A stretch of 62,834 nucleotides of DNA, the filler included. It is 22 parts of 22 records of this genome, joined end to end, with 100 filler letters (N's around TTAATTAATTAA, not from the genome) between each part and the next. Parts side by side here need not be neighbours in the genome. Positions count along the whole stretch, not along the records: positions 10,137 to 14,397 come from SRR16133337_57563; positions 14,498 to 16,665 come from SRR16133337_57835; positions 16,766 to 21,238 come from SRR16133337_57996; positions 21,339 to 23,807 come from SRR16133337_58081; 18 more parts are not named here. One strand, given 5' to 3'. Position 1 is the first letter of the stretch; each line of letters starts with the position of its first letter. The notes under the pieces are model-generated. The model saw nothing but the letters and a program-made list of their open reading frames with translations. It was not told the DNA's origin and ran no database searches. The position numbers and the translations under genes were made by a program. Below are positions 11,324 through 22,026 of this stretch, in pieces.

Positions 11324-13140
11324 GGCCGAGAAGGCCAGATGGGAACCAAAACGGTAGTGAGATAGACTTCTTCATCAAGAATACGTTTAAAAACGTCATG
11401 TAAAACGTAAAAAGGAGGATTTATATACGGATTCGAGAAAACACACCACGAAAAATCTGTTGAAAATGCATTTACGTGGAGGGCCCCAGGTGAAGGCGAA
11501 AAAGAAACAAAGTGTTTTACTTTTGCATTTGTTTCTGACGCAAAAAGATCAACATCAAAAGGGCCAAATTTTTCCTCAATGGCAGTGAAAAAAATTTCTT
11601 TCAGCTCCCAATCACCTGGTGAGTGAAAAACACGAGACAGAGCATCAGCCTCTGCATTATCACTAGAGGATATATACTCGGCCTGTAAGGAAATATTGCG
11701 TGAAATGCAAAATTTCCACAATGCGTAGGAAAGTGAATTGAGGGCCTTGATCCTCCCACCTTGTTTCCTAATGTATGACAAACTTGTAGAATTGTCAACT
11801 TTGTGAAGCCATACGCAATTTTTAATATCATGTTGTTCCGCAAAAGCTTGAACAACGCGCTTTGCTGCCAAAAGTTCTAAATGATTTATATGCAAAACAG
11901 CCTCCTCACGGGACCAATAATCTCTTAATTGGTTGTTCCTAGAATCTGGCGAAAAAAGGAACACCCCATAACCCCAAGGAGATGCATCTGAAGAAGTTAT
12001 AACAGATGGTGACTCCTGCTCCAGAGAAACTGATGCAATTTCACTAATGTTTTCACGAAAATATTGCAGCTCGCAAACCACGTCCCGAGGTGGGGACAAA
12101 ACATCATCGTAGTCAAAACCTCGACTAACATGATTGCGTACAAAAAATGCCAGAGCATTAGAGTAAAATCGATAATTTTCAATACTCAAATAATTCGATC
12201 TAAAAATTGCTAAAACTCGCGCGAAATCACGCAAAGTTGCATAATTTTGTGAAATTTTATCCAAAAGCGCATCCGACTCCAACGAAATCGATAAAATACG
12301 TTGGGGTGAAGGAGAAAATGTCATTGCAATGGAGTTCACTTGTGTACCCAAAAAAGTGACCTCATTTGTTGGTACAAATTCACATTTCTCAATGGAAAGA
12401 GCCACTTTGCAAGCATTAAAAGTAGCAACCACAAAAAGCGCATGCGCGAGACACAAATTAAATGAGGATGCCAAAACTACACCGTCATCGTAAAAAAAAC
12501 ATATGCGAAGAAGAAACTCTCGCCAAAACTTCACAAAAACTTTCACCAAACTGTGAAGTGCCCAAGGTGCAATATTAAGGCCAAATGGCATGCAGGTAAA
12601 ACGCCAAAAGGCACGCAAAAAATAAATTACCAAATAGTTTCGAGAATTTTCATGGATTCCTACTTGCCAAAACGCATTTTTCAGGTCGAGTTTTATGAAA
12701 AAATCACCCTTGCGAACAATTCGCGCAAGATCACGCAAATCTTCAGATTTGAAATGTGGAGCATGTAGGAATTTGTTCAATGGTTTGAAATTGACTACGG
12801 GGCGGATGCCACCAGTAGATTTTGGAACTTCAAAAAGATGTGCAACAAAACAAAGTGAAATTTCATTATGAGGAACTCTTTGCAAAACTCCCAACTGAAT
12901 CATTTCATGTAATTCACGTTTGAGATCCTTACTATATCCCTTACTCCCTCGCAAAATGGAAATTCGCGCTTTGAGGGACTGAAAAGGCTTTTTTATGAAA
13001 AAACTAGATAATTTTATGCCCGACTGAGAAAACATACCCTTTTGGAGTAGAGAGGACGTGTCCAACAGGATCTGCAGACCTACGCTCTGGGTTAGGCATT
13101 GCGGCTCGAACGTCCGGAGGTACGGAGCGAAGGAGATCAT
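11005..13140 (-). CDS. DIRS pol: reverse transcriptase + RNase H + Dam-like methyltransferase domain
   Basis: FEVPKSTGGIRPVVNFKPLN, KLDLKNAFWQ, MPFGLNIAP, FYDD, FLG; RNase H SDASPWGYG, HINHLELLA, DNSTSLSYIRKQGG, NAEADALSR; MT-like DVDLFAS...INPPF...VPIWPSRPWWP. Confidence 0.93.
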   Translation of the reverse strand: MISFAPYLRTFEPQCLTQSVGLQILLDTSSLLQKGMFSQSGIKLSSFFIKKPFQSLKARISILRGSKGYSKDLKRELHEMIQLGVLQRVPHNEISLCFVAHLFEVPKSTGGIRPVVNFKPLNKFLHAPHFKSEDLRDLARIVRKGDFFIKLDLKNAFWQVGIHENSRNYLVIYFLRAFWRFTCMPFGLNIAPWALHSLVKVFVKFWREFLLRICFFYDDGVVLASSFNLCLAHALFVVATFNACKVALSIEKCEFVPTNEVTFLGTQVNSIAMTFSPSPQRILSISLESDALLDKISQNYATLRDFARVLAIFRSNYLSIENYRFYSNALAFFVRNHVSRGFDYDDVLSPPRDVVCELQYFRENISEIASVSLEQESPSVITSSDASPWGYGVFLFSPDSRNNQLRDYWSREEAVLHINHLELLAAKRVVQAFAEQHDIKNCVWLHKVDNSTSLSYIRKQGGRIKALNSLSYALWKFCISRNISLQAEYISSSDNAEADALSRVFHSPGDWELKEIFFTAIEEKFGPFDVDLFASETNAKVKHFVSFSPSPGALHVNAFSTDFSWCVFSNPYINPPFYVLHDVFKRILDEEVYLTTVLVPIWPSRPWWPLFVSLLVDFPLLMPSIPIFQSTNPQYYVLANTPPWVTVCCQLSGSSSLTKAFHTGLRALLSKHGPNPRFQVMAPNGKIGTISPDENHAAYSIFKALKLQLFS

Positions 13141-13316
13141 GCGGCAGAGTCTTACAGTCTAAAGAACAGACACAAAACTGGTTAGAGCTGGTGGTTCATA
13201 AGCAACTTTGTGAAAAAAACGCAAAATTTCAACTCGCAAAAAAGGGTGTAAGTCGAACAAAAAAGCCAAATCAAAGAGAAAATGCTCACCTGAGATTCGA
13301 ACGGTATTCGATGAAA

Positions 13317-14345
13317 TCAGTGTTGTTTTGGAGGCGGTTGTTTCTTTCGTCTTTTGGAGATCCAACGCCTCTGTCTTTGTGGACCTCCTCGGAAGTTTGA
13401 CCGTCGTGACTGAAAGCGAGAAGCACTTGACGAGGAAGATGAAACAGATTTCTTCCCTTTTTTCGCTAACTTCTCCAAATTTTGCCTCTCAGCAAAAGTG
13501 AAAACGTGAGTTTCATCATAAGCACGTTTCTCTTCCGACGTAACTGCTAGACCGGAATCCAAACCAAGTGACTCTTTCAGGACTTTCTGCTGAAATTCAG
13601 CAGCGTGAATAGCACACCGAGCTTGTAAATAAATACGAAGCTCAGACAAAATGAGCACACGATCAAGGATCTCTGGTAGAGATAGAGCAAATTCATCCCC
13701 TTGAGACTTTTCCAAAGTGCGCATACGGACCCAGTAACCTCGTTCCCATAACTCCCATTTTGTGGCAAAATTCGCGGTATTAACGAGTTTTGGAAAAATG
13801 CGATGAACTAGCTCGTGATTAGTGGAGTTTTTGGGAATCCGAAAAAGCTGAGTGTCAATTTTAGCGTATGCATTTGGCCAAACTCCTGGTAGGAGATTGC
13901 GAAGATCAGCGTCTGAGGAAAGATTTGCAGAGATTTTTCGCAAAGCCTCTTTTGAAATCTCAGACTGACAAGCAGGATTTGCCCGAAAATTCGCCAGAAT
14001 ATTAAAATTTTCTGGGTATGCTAATTTTTCACTAATTTCTGACGCACTTGAAAGTTTGTCGGCAACTTTTTTGAGGTCCGCCTCCGAAGGTTGGGGAAAA
14101 AACTGATCCGGTTTTTGTGCCAACTGCTCAATCAGCTCCTCCAGATAGAGGAAATCTGACTCGAGCTCACTACCCTCATTAAGAGTCCGTGGATCCGGCC
14201 ACTGAATAGCAGGTTCACCATCATCTGAATTGTCACCCATCATAACGTCGGTTTCCGGTTCCTCAGGTGGAGGATCTGGGCAAATTTCCAGCTCGTCTGG
14301 TAGACGTATAAGTTCGCCCGTAATCGGATCAAACTGATCCGCCAT
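13317..14345 (-). CDS. DIRS ORF1, gag-like protein
   Basis: 342-aa ORF upstream of pol with acidic N-terminus and Ser/Arg/Lys-rich basic C-terminus. Assignment is positional. Confidence 0.7.
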   Translation of the reverse strand: MADQFDPITGELIRLPDELEICPDPPPEEPETDVMMGDNSDDGEPAIQWPDPRTLNEGSELESDFLYLEELIEQLAQKPDQFFPQPSEADLKKVADKLSSASEISEKLAYPENFNILANFRANPACQSEISKEALRKISANLSSDADLRNLLPGVWPNAYAKIDTQLFRIPKNSTNHELVHRIFPKLVNTANFATKWELWERGYWVRMRTLEKSQGDEFALSLPEILDRVLILSELRIYLQARCAIHAAEFQQKVLKESLGLDSGLAVTSEEKRAYDETHVFTFAERQNLEKLAKKGKKSVSSSSSSASRFQSRRSNFRGGPQRQRRWISKRRKKQPPPKQH

Positions 14346-14641
14346 AGCTATTGATTTGAGCCAAAAAAATTATGGTTTAGTGAGAGTCGTTAGTGAANNN
14401 NNNNNNNNNNNNNNNNNNNNNNNNNNNNNNNNNNNNNNNNNTTAATTAATTAANNNNNNNNNNNNNNNNNNNNNNNNNNNNNNNNNNNNNNNNNNNNCAA
14501 GAGTAATCTTTATAAAGATTTGCAAAAACACGTGCTTTATTTGCCGAAACTAGAAACTGAATTAATTCTACTCTTGTCAGAATAAAGAGTTAAGTCCAGT
14601 CAATCAAGAGGCGTTAAAAATCAAAACATCCACCCCAAATT

Positions 14642-15945
14642 TCACACGCAATATTGAAAGTGTTTGACGCGGAATTCACGTGTTGTGTCGATCCGGCTCA
14701 TTTCGATGTGTGGCTCTGAATCTACGCCAATTCCATCGTAAACATCTTTTATATATGTTATAAAATCCAAAGCGCCTGCTTGTAATTCAACGTATATCAT
14801 GACTAACAACAAAATCAACAAAACAAAAAAAGACTAATTAAACCTTAATACTGAAGCTTAATTTTTGTGATTCACAACCAACATGTCCACCCACAACCAC
14901 AACCACAACCACATCAACTACACCATCCACGGGTGATGTGAAAATTTTTTGGAAAATGAAAATCCTCATCTACACACACCTCCCACTCTATTGTGTGTTT
15001 TTTTCAAAAAATTATATTTTACATCCCACTCCACCCGTTTTGGGCGAATTTTTTTTGTTTCAAACACATTCCTTGAAGGGAATTTAAGAAAATGAATTTA
15101 CTCCCCACTTATATGTTTGTTCAATACACGAAGAATTTGTGAAATGTTTCACCAAAATAACATCACTCATTCGAATTTGGAGCCAACCATTTTAAATTCT
15201 CAAGAAATAAATTTTCACCTTACCGTTGGTCGCGTTTTCCTCGAGATGTTGTAATAATGCTTTCAGAAAAGAGACTCTTGAGACCATTAAAAGCACACGC
15301 GTTGTTTTTCTCATCAAATTTGAGTATTTTTCAAGAGTTGATATCTACAAAAACAGTCACAGAAAACATGATAAAATACATATTTAAGTGGAAAAACTAG
15401 TTGCGAGAGTATCAAAAAGAAGAAAACCCCAAACAGGCAGTGCCCACAACACAAATACAAAAATCGTTCGGAGTTCCAAAACATTTCTAGAGGATCGTAT
15501 CTATGTTTTTTTTCATTTGAAAAAAATCACTCGAAAACCCAATTTCCCTGATAAATGTTTTAAAAAGTCTCTAACAATTTTTCTGAGTACATCAAAATTG
15601 CACAAAAACGACAGGTGGGCGATTTGCAATGAGAAGTCATTTGTTGGTCACATACATTTGGAAATCGTAGGCCCCAATTTGTTTTGCAAAATAATGCCGA
15701 GTCGTAGGCAAACATTTCTATCCCAAAAAGCACAAATTCTACATCTCTTTTTTTGACCCGACAGTTGCCACGTCACATTTTACCAAACGACCAAAAAATT
15801 TGACTTTTACAAAGTTTATCCAAAGGTGCTCGGGTAAAAAAAAATGTATTTTATACTAACGAGATTGATGATGATCATAGATTCAAATGAATCGTCAGGA
15901 TGATCAAAACAATAACAACCGTCCAGACATATTGGACATCCGTCT
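14642..15945 (-). CDS. 3' part of a spliced eukaryotic gene of unknown function (three phase-compatible exons near 15860-15945, 15224-15344, 14642-14745)
   Basis: AG/GT-bounded open exons: DGCPICLDGCYCFDHPDDSFESMIIINL | ISTLEKYSNLMRK...HLEENATN | DVYDGIGVDSEPHIEMSRIDTTREFRVKHFQYCV*. No family recognised. Confidence 0.4.
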
Positions 15946-17189
15946 CTAAACACACATAACAAATAAACACACATAACAAATAAATTTGTAATATCGAGTG
16001 CGGTTATTCAATTATTTCGATTGTCCAAATTTTCTTTTCCCCAAGATCAACTCTTACACTATTCCTATAAGGCACATTTATTCCTTTTGGGATTATGTGT
16101 CGTAAACGAAATTGATTCCATTTTTGCAAAAATTAAAAATTAAAAAGTTTAATTTTCATAAAAATTATTTTTTGCATACGAATGTGTAATATGTTTTTCA
16201 CAAAAATAACACCGAAAGCCAAAGAATGTGTCCATCTCAATATCCGGCATTTTCTTGCGGATTGAAAAAACAATCCGACAAATGCTTCTACGCAAAAAAC
16301 TCCAGAGTAATTTCAGCTTGCAATGTTTTTTTTGGGTGAATTCGAATTTTTTCGGAAATGTTGTTTTTAGTTTTTGTACAACAAGCAATTGAGTAAAACT
16401 TTGCATAGAAAAATTTAGACAAAAAGAAAAACAAATGTCACTCCGTCACAGTGTTGAAACATCCGAAACTATATCCAGAAGTGTACACCAACATACCGTT
16501 GAAGGACGAGATGTTTGTACTCTGTTTGAAACTTTGGATGAATAAGTTAAGTTGAGTTTGGTTAGTTTCTACTTGATTGAATCTGTTGGTGTGCAAAAAA
16601 ATGAAAGACAACGAATCAAACTGAAATTTAATGTGGGACAATGTCTAAGGATTCTGAAAAGCTATNNNNNNNNNNNNNNNNNNNNNNNNNNNNNNNNNNN
16701 NNNNNNNNNTTAATTAATTAANNNNNNNNNNNNNNNNNNNNNNNNNNNNNNNNNNNNNNNNNNNNTACCCCCCAAACGAAATTTTTCATTTTTTGTGGTG
16801 CTGACTCAACGGAAGAACGATTTGTTGCTGAGTACGATGCTGGAGGTTAGACCCACACTCTTCGCCACCAACAACTGAAAAGTTATTTTTGGGGTTTCAG
16901 GTGGTTTGCCTGATTGTATGATGCACAAAATCGTCATATTTTAACAATTTGGACTGATCTGCGCACAATTTTTGAGTGAAAAATAGGTAAAAACAATAAA
17001 ACACGGCCTTTAAAAGTTGCTTTGTGGACGAAACTGACTTTTTTTGAAGGATTCTTTAGTTTTTTAACCCAAAAGTTTCATTTCTAAACAGGCAAAAGTC
17101 AATGAGAAAACCGACACCCCAAATAATTTTTTTTCAACTTTCCAAAAACATCATCAAAACGGTAACGGCCAAAAATATGACATGCTTAC

Positions 17190-20100
17190 AGTAAGTTTCA
17201 AGTCAAAGTCAAGAAGGTTTGTCCAATCTTCTCCATATATTTTATACTCGAATCTATCCTCACAAGTACAACTGTCAAAAAATGAAAGCACCAATCGAGC
17301 ACCTTGGACTTGAACTACTTCGGCATTCTCTGCGGCACCTACATCAAAACAAAATAATCGTAAGATGGAAAAAATTACGTAGCTAAAACATATATTGGTG
17401 TAGGAATGTGATACGAACCCATGCGTAAAACATTGTTGAACGTGGGATCTGTTTACAAAAAAGACTACAACATTCAAAAAGTGCAAAAACGTAGGAGAGT
17501 TACTGATGACATTTTGTAGAAGTGCAGGAGAGATTTGGATAAATTCAACGCAAATAAGTGCCTGCATCATTACATTTTTTGTGTTTGTGTAGACACATTC
17601 ACTTGCTTTGAATACTGACGTGATAAGAGGCTAGTACATCTGTAATCATTTTAAGAACCCCAACTCCACCCCCTCTCGAACCCGCATACCAGCCAAGCAA
17701 CCATCTTCCACCAATCCACCTTTGCTGGCGAATTACAAGAACGCGAAAACCAATGCAACAAAACCACTTCATTTTGACCATTCTATTCATTTGGTGCCCT
17801 CGGCAACTTCACATCAAAGAGTACATCCACATGTGTATACATATAAAAATTTCAGGAAAAAATTAGATTGTATATGTGCACCCATATTTTTTTCATTTAA
17901 TTGCATTGCCCAATACATACCTGCTATTGCCTGTGCTTCTGTGCGATCTAAGTCGAGCGATGCTGGACGAAATCCCAGTGTTTCTACGCATAAAAAAATA
18001 AATTCTGTGTGTAAAATTTTTTTGTAGGGTACTTTACCAAAACAAATTTGCAAAATACCTGACGGGCGCGTGTTTGCACACTTTTTTTTGGCGCAAAAAC
18101 AAAAATACCTTTGACAAAACGTGAATTTTACTGTCTTTAAATAGGTATTAAACATTTGAATATAAAATCTTAAAATGTGAAACATTATTGGAATATTGAG
18201 AAAACAAACAACCTGTCACCCACATGCAACCCGCACAAAATGCAAACATCCATATTTCGCGCAGTAGAGCCTCTATCGTAGTAAGACGCCCACCCACCCA
18301 TTGAAAAGAGTGATTTTGGAAAAGAAACGCCGATTTTTGTTTTTCAAAATCGTACCTTTTTTGACTTGAAAATCCACAAAAATCGACCTATTGGTGTGTG
18401 GATAACGATTTTCTATAATAATAATAATAGCAGGTGTATATTTTCACTAAGCAACAATACATTTTTATATTTTTCTTTTCCTGCATATGGGACAAAATTA
18501 AAGAGCAACTAATTTCTCAAGAATGAAAATGGACAATGGCTATTTACACCATATTTTGTTTGCTACGAACACCAAAACAAGATTTTTACAAACATTTCGC
18601 TCAATTTCGTCATAATTCGCTCTAGAAAGAGAACCCAAACTTAAAACTTACGGTATGTGTTTCCTTGAAAAACCGACACCTTTCCATCGATACTTCCGCA
18701 AATTTGTTGGTCATCGTCAGTACATTGCAAGTCACAATCGTTATTATTTTCTTGAGTCTTTTTGGGATCGTTAATTCCACAATAACATTGTTCACCTTCA
18801 GTAGACGCGTAAACGAGTGTGCTCTCGGGGTATTCAGATCTACAAATTTCTGCGCATCTTGAATTACTGTTTCCACCGACAATATAATGATTCTCGCCAC
18901 CTTAAAAAAATGAATGAAAAAATGTCCGTTTGTGCATTCGGTCGTTTTGCATTTTCGTTTGGCATGTTGAAGTTTAACACTTTTTTCAGGAATTACACAG
19001 AAATCCGTTGTAAGAAACCCCCAACACCTCTTAAGCACACCCGTGCCTCTCTTCACCCCTTCAAGCTCTAATTGTCGGGATCCGTCAGGAGTGGGGTTCT
19101 TACATCTAGCGAATGGCGATTTGTTTCCCGATTAGAGAGTGGTTGTTACAAAAATATCATAATTTTTGTAAATTTGTGTTTAAAGGTGTGACGTTCAAAC
19201 GAAAATGGAGTGTGGGGCGTGGTGTGTGTGAGTGGGTGGAGGAGAAATGTATTTTAAGGTGGGTGTTCTTACGAAAAACACCCAAAAAAATTAGAGAAGA
19301 GTGGTTCTTACATCGCCGAGAGGACAAAAACATTGAAAGGTGTGAGGGTGGGGTTGGCATTTTCGCAAAGTGACTTCCACCACCCACGCCAAACCGACTC
19401 ACTGCAACATTATCCAACGCTTCACTTCGAAAATCGATTTGTGATTTTAAAAATTTTTCAGCTTGATCCCTCTCGTGGGGAAGTGACTGTTGGGGGTGCT
19501 AATTGGTGAATACTGCACTGTTCGAGATTGATACTTACCACCAGGACCAAGAACTAACACTTCGCGTAATTTCAGCGGTCCAGATTGAACAACGATTTTA
19601 AAAGCATGAGTTTGAACAAGAGGGAAGGAAACATATATTGCTTCAGATGATGGATTTGTACACACAATTTCTGCTGACTCGGTTGTCTAAAAGAAAGGGA
19701 TAAAAGCACATCATTCCACTTGTGTTTTAAAAGTCCCTCCGCTGGCTTAATCCACTGCCTGTCATTTTTGAAAAATGTAGGGCTTGGTTCCACAAAATTG
19801 TCAATATTTTACGCCCAAACTACTCTGCTGACCAAACTTACATTCAAAAAATGTTGATGAGGGTACAAAGCTACTGGCGGGTCTATTTCAACACATACAT
19901 ATACCCCCACACCTGATTACCCAAAAGACTTATCCATTGTCAATGTCGCAATTTAAATTACTGACAGAATTTACTAAATATTATGCACAATCATTGTGTT
20001 TTTGTTTAGTGTTCTCTGTGTCTTGTAAAGGGACAGAAAAATGAGTATTTTAATTTTTGCAGGCATTTGTCCACAAGGTGGCTCGTAAATTTTTATTTTT

Positions 20101-20938
20101 AGCCTGCACTGTGATAAATCTGAACAACGGACTATTTTTTCTAATTATTTTTGCATACGATTTTTTTTAAAATTCCCACCGCACCAAATTTAAGAACTTA
20201 TCGTTGAAAACAAATATTGATATGGAATTCTCTGTTGGATTAGATTTGTTGTACAGCGGACGTTTGCATGTATACAAATAAAGGGAATTTTGTTATAAGA
20301 ACCCCCACCACCCACACCACCCGCCACACCAATCACAACCCAACAGCTCCTACACTCTTAACAACCGCCCCCTCCACCCTGTGATTCTCGGAAACATCTA
20401 AAGTAAGGTGTGTGCGTTCTTACATCGCCAGAAGGACGAAAAAAAATTGAAAGTGGGTGGGTTCTTAGGGAAAAAATTGCAAAAACACTAAGGGCGCCAC
20501 CTACCTCCGTTTCCCAAAAAAAAAGCCTTTCAGTGTGTGTGGATGAGTGGTGTGGTGGGGGTGGGTGGGAGAGTTCTTGCAATGAAATATCCTGTGTTTT
20601 CTTTTCCCAGGGGAGCGGAAATGAAAGGAAAATATATGACATTATTTTGCACAGTATTAAATTATCACATACCTGACACTTATTTGATGTGACTTGAACA
20701 AAATGCATCCATGCAAAATTGAACAAATAATACAATTCAAACGACGGCATGTTCTCCCCAAGCAGTAAAATTTTTGTGACGTCTCGTACACCGTCAAGAG
20801 CAATCACAAGTGTAAAAGGATACGAAGACGGTGAGTAAATATTCGTTGCGGTGTCTTCCATTATTCCATCAGAAAAAATATGTTTTTGAGATCCATGATC
20901 GCTTGGTGCAATTGTTGTGATGTGTTGTACGGAGTACT
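17190..20938 (-). CDS. Partial spliced extracellular protein with discoidin/F5-8-type galactose-binding-like domain and WSC domain
   Basis: Exon 20938-20673 (FSDG...FTLVIALDGVRDVTKILL...FELYY...W) joins in phase 0 to an exon near 19686-19539 (...FKIVVQSGPLKLREVLVLGPG). Exon 18839-18652 reads GEQCYCG...DCDLQCTDDDQQICGSIDGKVSVF (WSC C-terminal signature). Further exons lie near 17920-17985 and 17190-17338. The exon with the first half of the WSC domain was not located. Confidence 0.7.
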
Positions 20939-21339
20939 CTACAACAACAAAAACGTAACTTCAGCAAATACGTACAGTACACTATAAATTAGTAAGAACC
21001 ACACACCCACACACCCTCCACACCATAGTAAGAACTCCCCCCCTCTTTTGAAAGACCTAGAATGGAGGGCGTTCTTACATAATTATGGCAAGAGGAGGGT
21101 GGTTCTTACAATCTGAGTGTCCTCCTACTAAAAAACTTTTCGCGCTTCGCGCGAAGAAAAGTTTCTAGAAATTGTGGGTTCTTACATTGAAATCTACAAC
21201 TTTGAAGGTTTCTGGGCTGTTGCATTGTACGAACATCCNNNNNNNNNNNNNNNNNNNNNNNNNNNNNNNNNNNNNNNNNNNNTTAATTAATTAANNNNNN
21301 NNNNNNNNNNNNNNNNNNNNNNNNNNNNNNNNNNNNNNA

Positions 21340-22026
21340 ATGGCGAAAACTATAAAAGTTACTGCTTCCGAACTTTACAACGAACTTGTTGACAGTTTTA
21401 AAATCAAAGAAAAAATTGGTAGTGTCGAAATTAAATTAGGAAATATAACCGCTAAATATAACGGAAAAGATGCAATTGGTGATTTACTTCAAGAATGGCT
21501 TGGTAAATGGATGAAAAGCAAAAATTATTACTTCATAACTAAAGTAAATACACAAGAATTTCCAGACTTTTTACTTTCCGAAAGTGACACAAAAGACTTT
21601 TTGGAATTGAAAACTTTTAATGCAAATGCAAGTCCTACTTTTGATATTGCTAATTTTGATTCTTACTGTACTTCACTTTTAACAATTCCAGAGAGAATTG
21701 AAGCAGATTATTTGGTTTTCAGTTACAAAATGGAAAATTCTGAACTTTCAATAGATAATGTTTGGTTGAAAAAAGTGTGGGAGATATCAAGTCCATCAGG
21801 ACAAGACCCTATAAAATTACAAGTTAAAAGAAATCAAATTTATAATATTCGACCTTGTACTTGGTATTCAAATAGATTGAAATTTCACCCATTTACCAAT
21901 AAAAATGATTTTTTAAATGCAATTTCTGAAACTCATAAAGACTATCCTCAATGCGACCAATATAAAAAAGATTGGTTGAAAATAGTATCTGACAAATATT
22001 TTGAAAACACAGGAGTTAAACTATAG
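21340..22026 (+). CDS. Type II restriction endonuclease, NgoBV/NlaIV-like family
   Basis: DAIGDLLQEW, TQEFPDFLL...LELKTFN..ASPTFDIANF (PD-(D/E)xK), YNIRP; convergent with a C5 methyltransferase. Confidence 0.85.
   Translation: MAKTIKVTASELYNELVDSFKIKEKIGSVEIKLGNITAKYNGKDAIGDLLQEWLGKWMKSKNYYFITKVNTQEFPDFLLSESDTKDFLELKTFNANASPTFDIANFDSYCTSLLTIPERIEADYLVFSYKMENSELSIDNVWLKKVWEISSPSGQDPIKLQVKRNQIYNIRPCTWYSNRLKFHPFTNKNDFLNAISETHKDYPQCDQYKKDWLKIVSDKYFENTGVKL

Larger units (their letters stand above)
10137..14397 (-). mobile_element. DIRS-type tyrosine-recombinase retrotransposon (gag-like, RT/RNase H/MT, YR); termini not captured
   Basis: Three ORFs in canonical DIRS order, with the YR ORF overlapping the end of pol. 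Confidence 0.92.

Noticed and set aside
11005-13140. Possible bacterial retron, DGR or group II intron RT
   Set aside because: RT, RNase H and MT motifs plus the overlapping tyrosine recombinase match DIRS retrotransposons.
8001-14397. Apparent clustering of two reverse transcriptases and a recombinase as one system
   Set aside because: The Penelope and DIRS elements are on different contigs separated by a linker, and differ in CpG content.
18622-19056. 144-aa ORF from the track
   Set aside because: Wrong frame; the WSC-encoding exon 18839-18652 is in a different frame bounded by splice sites.
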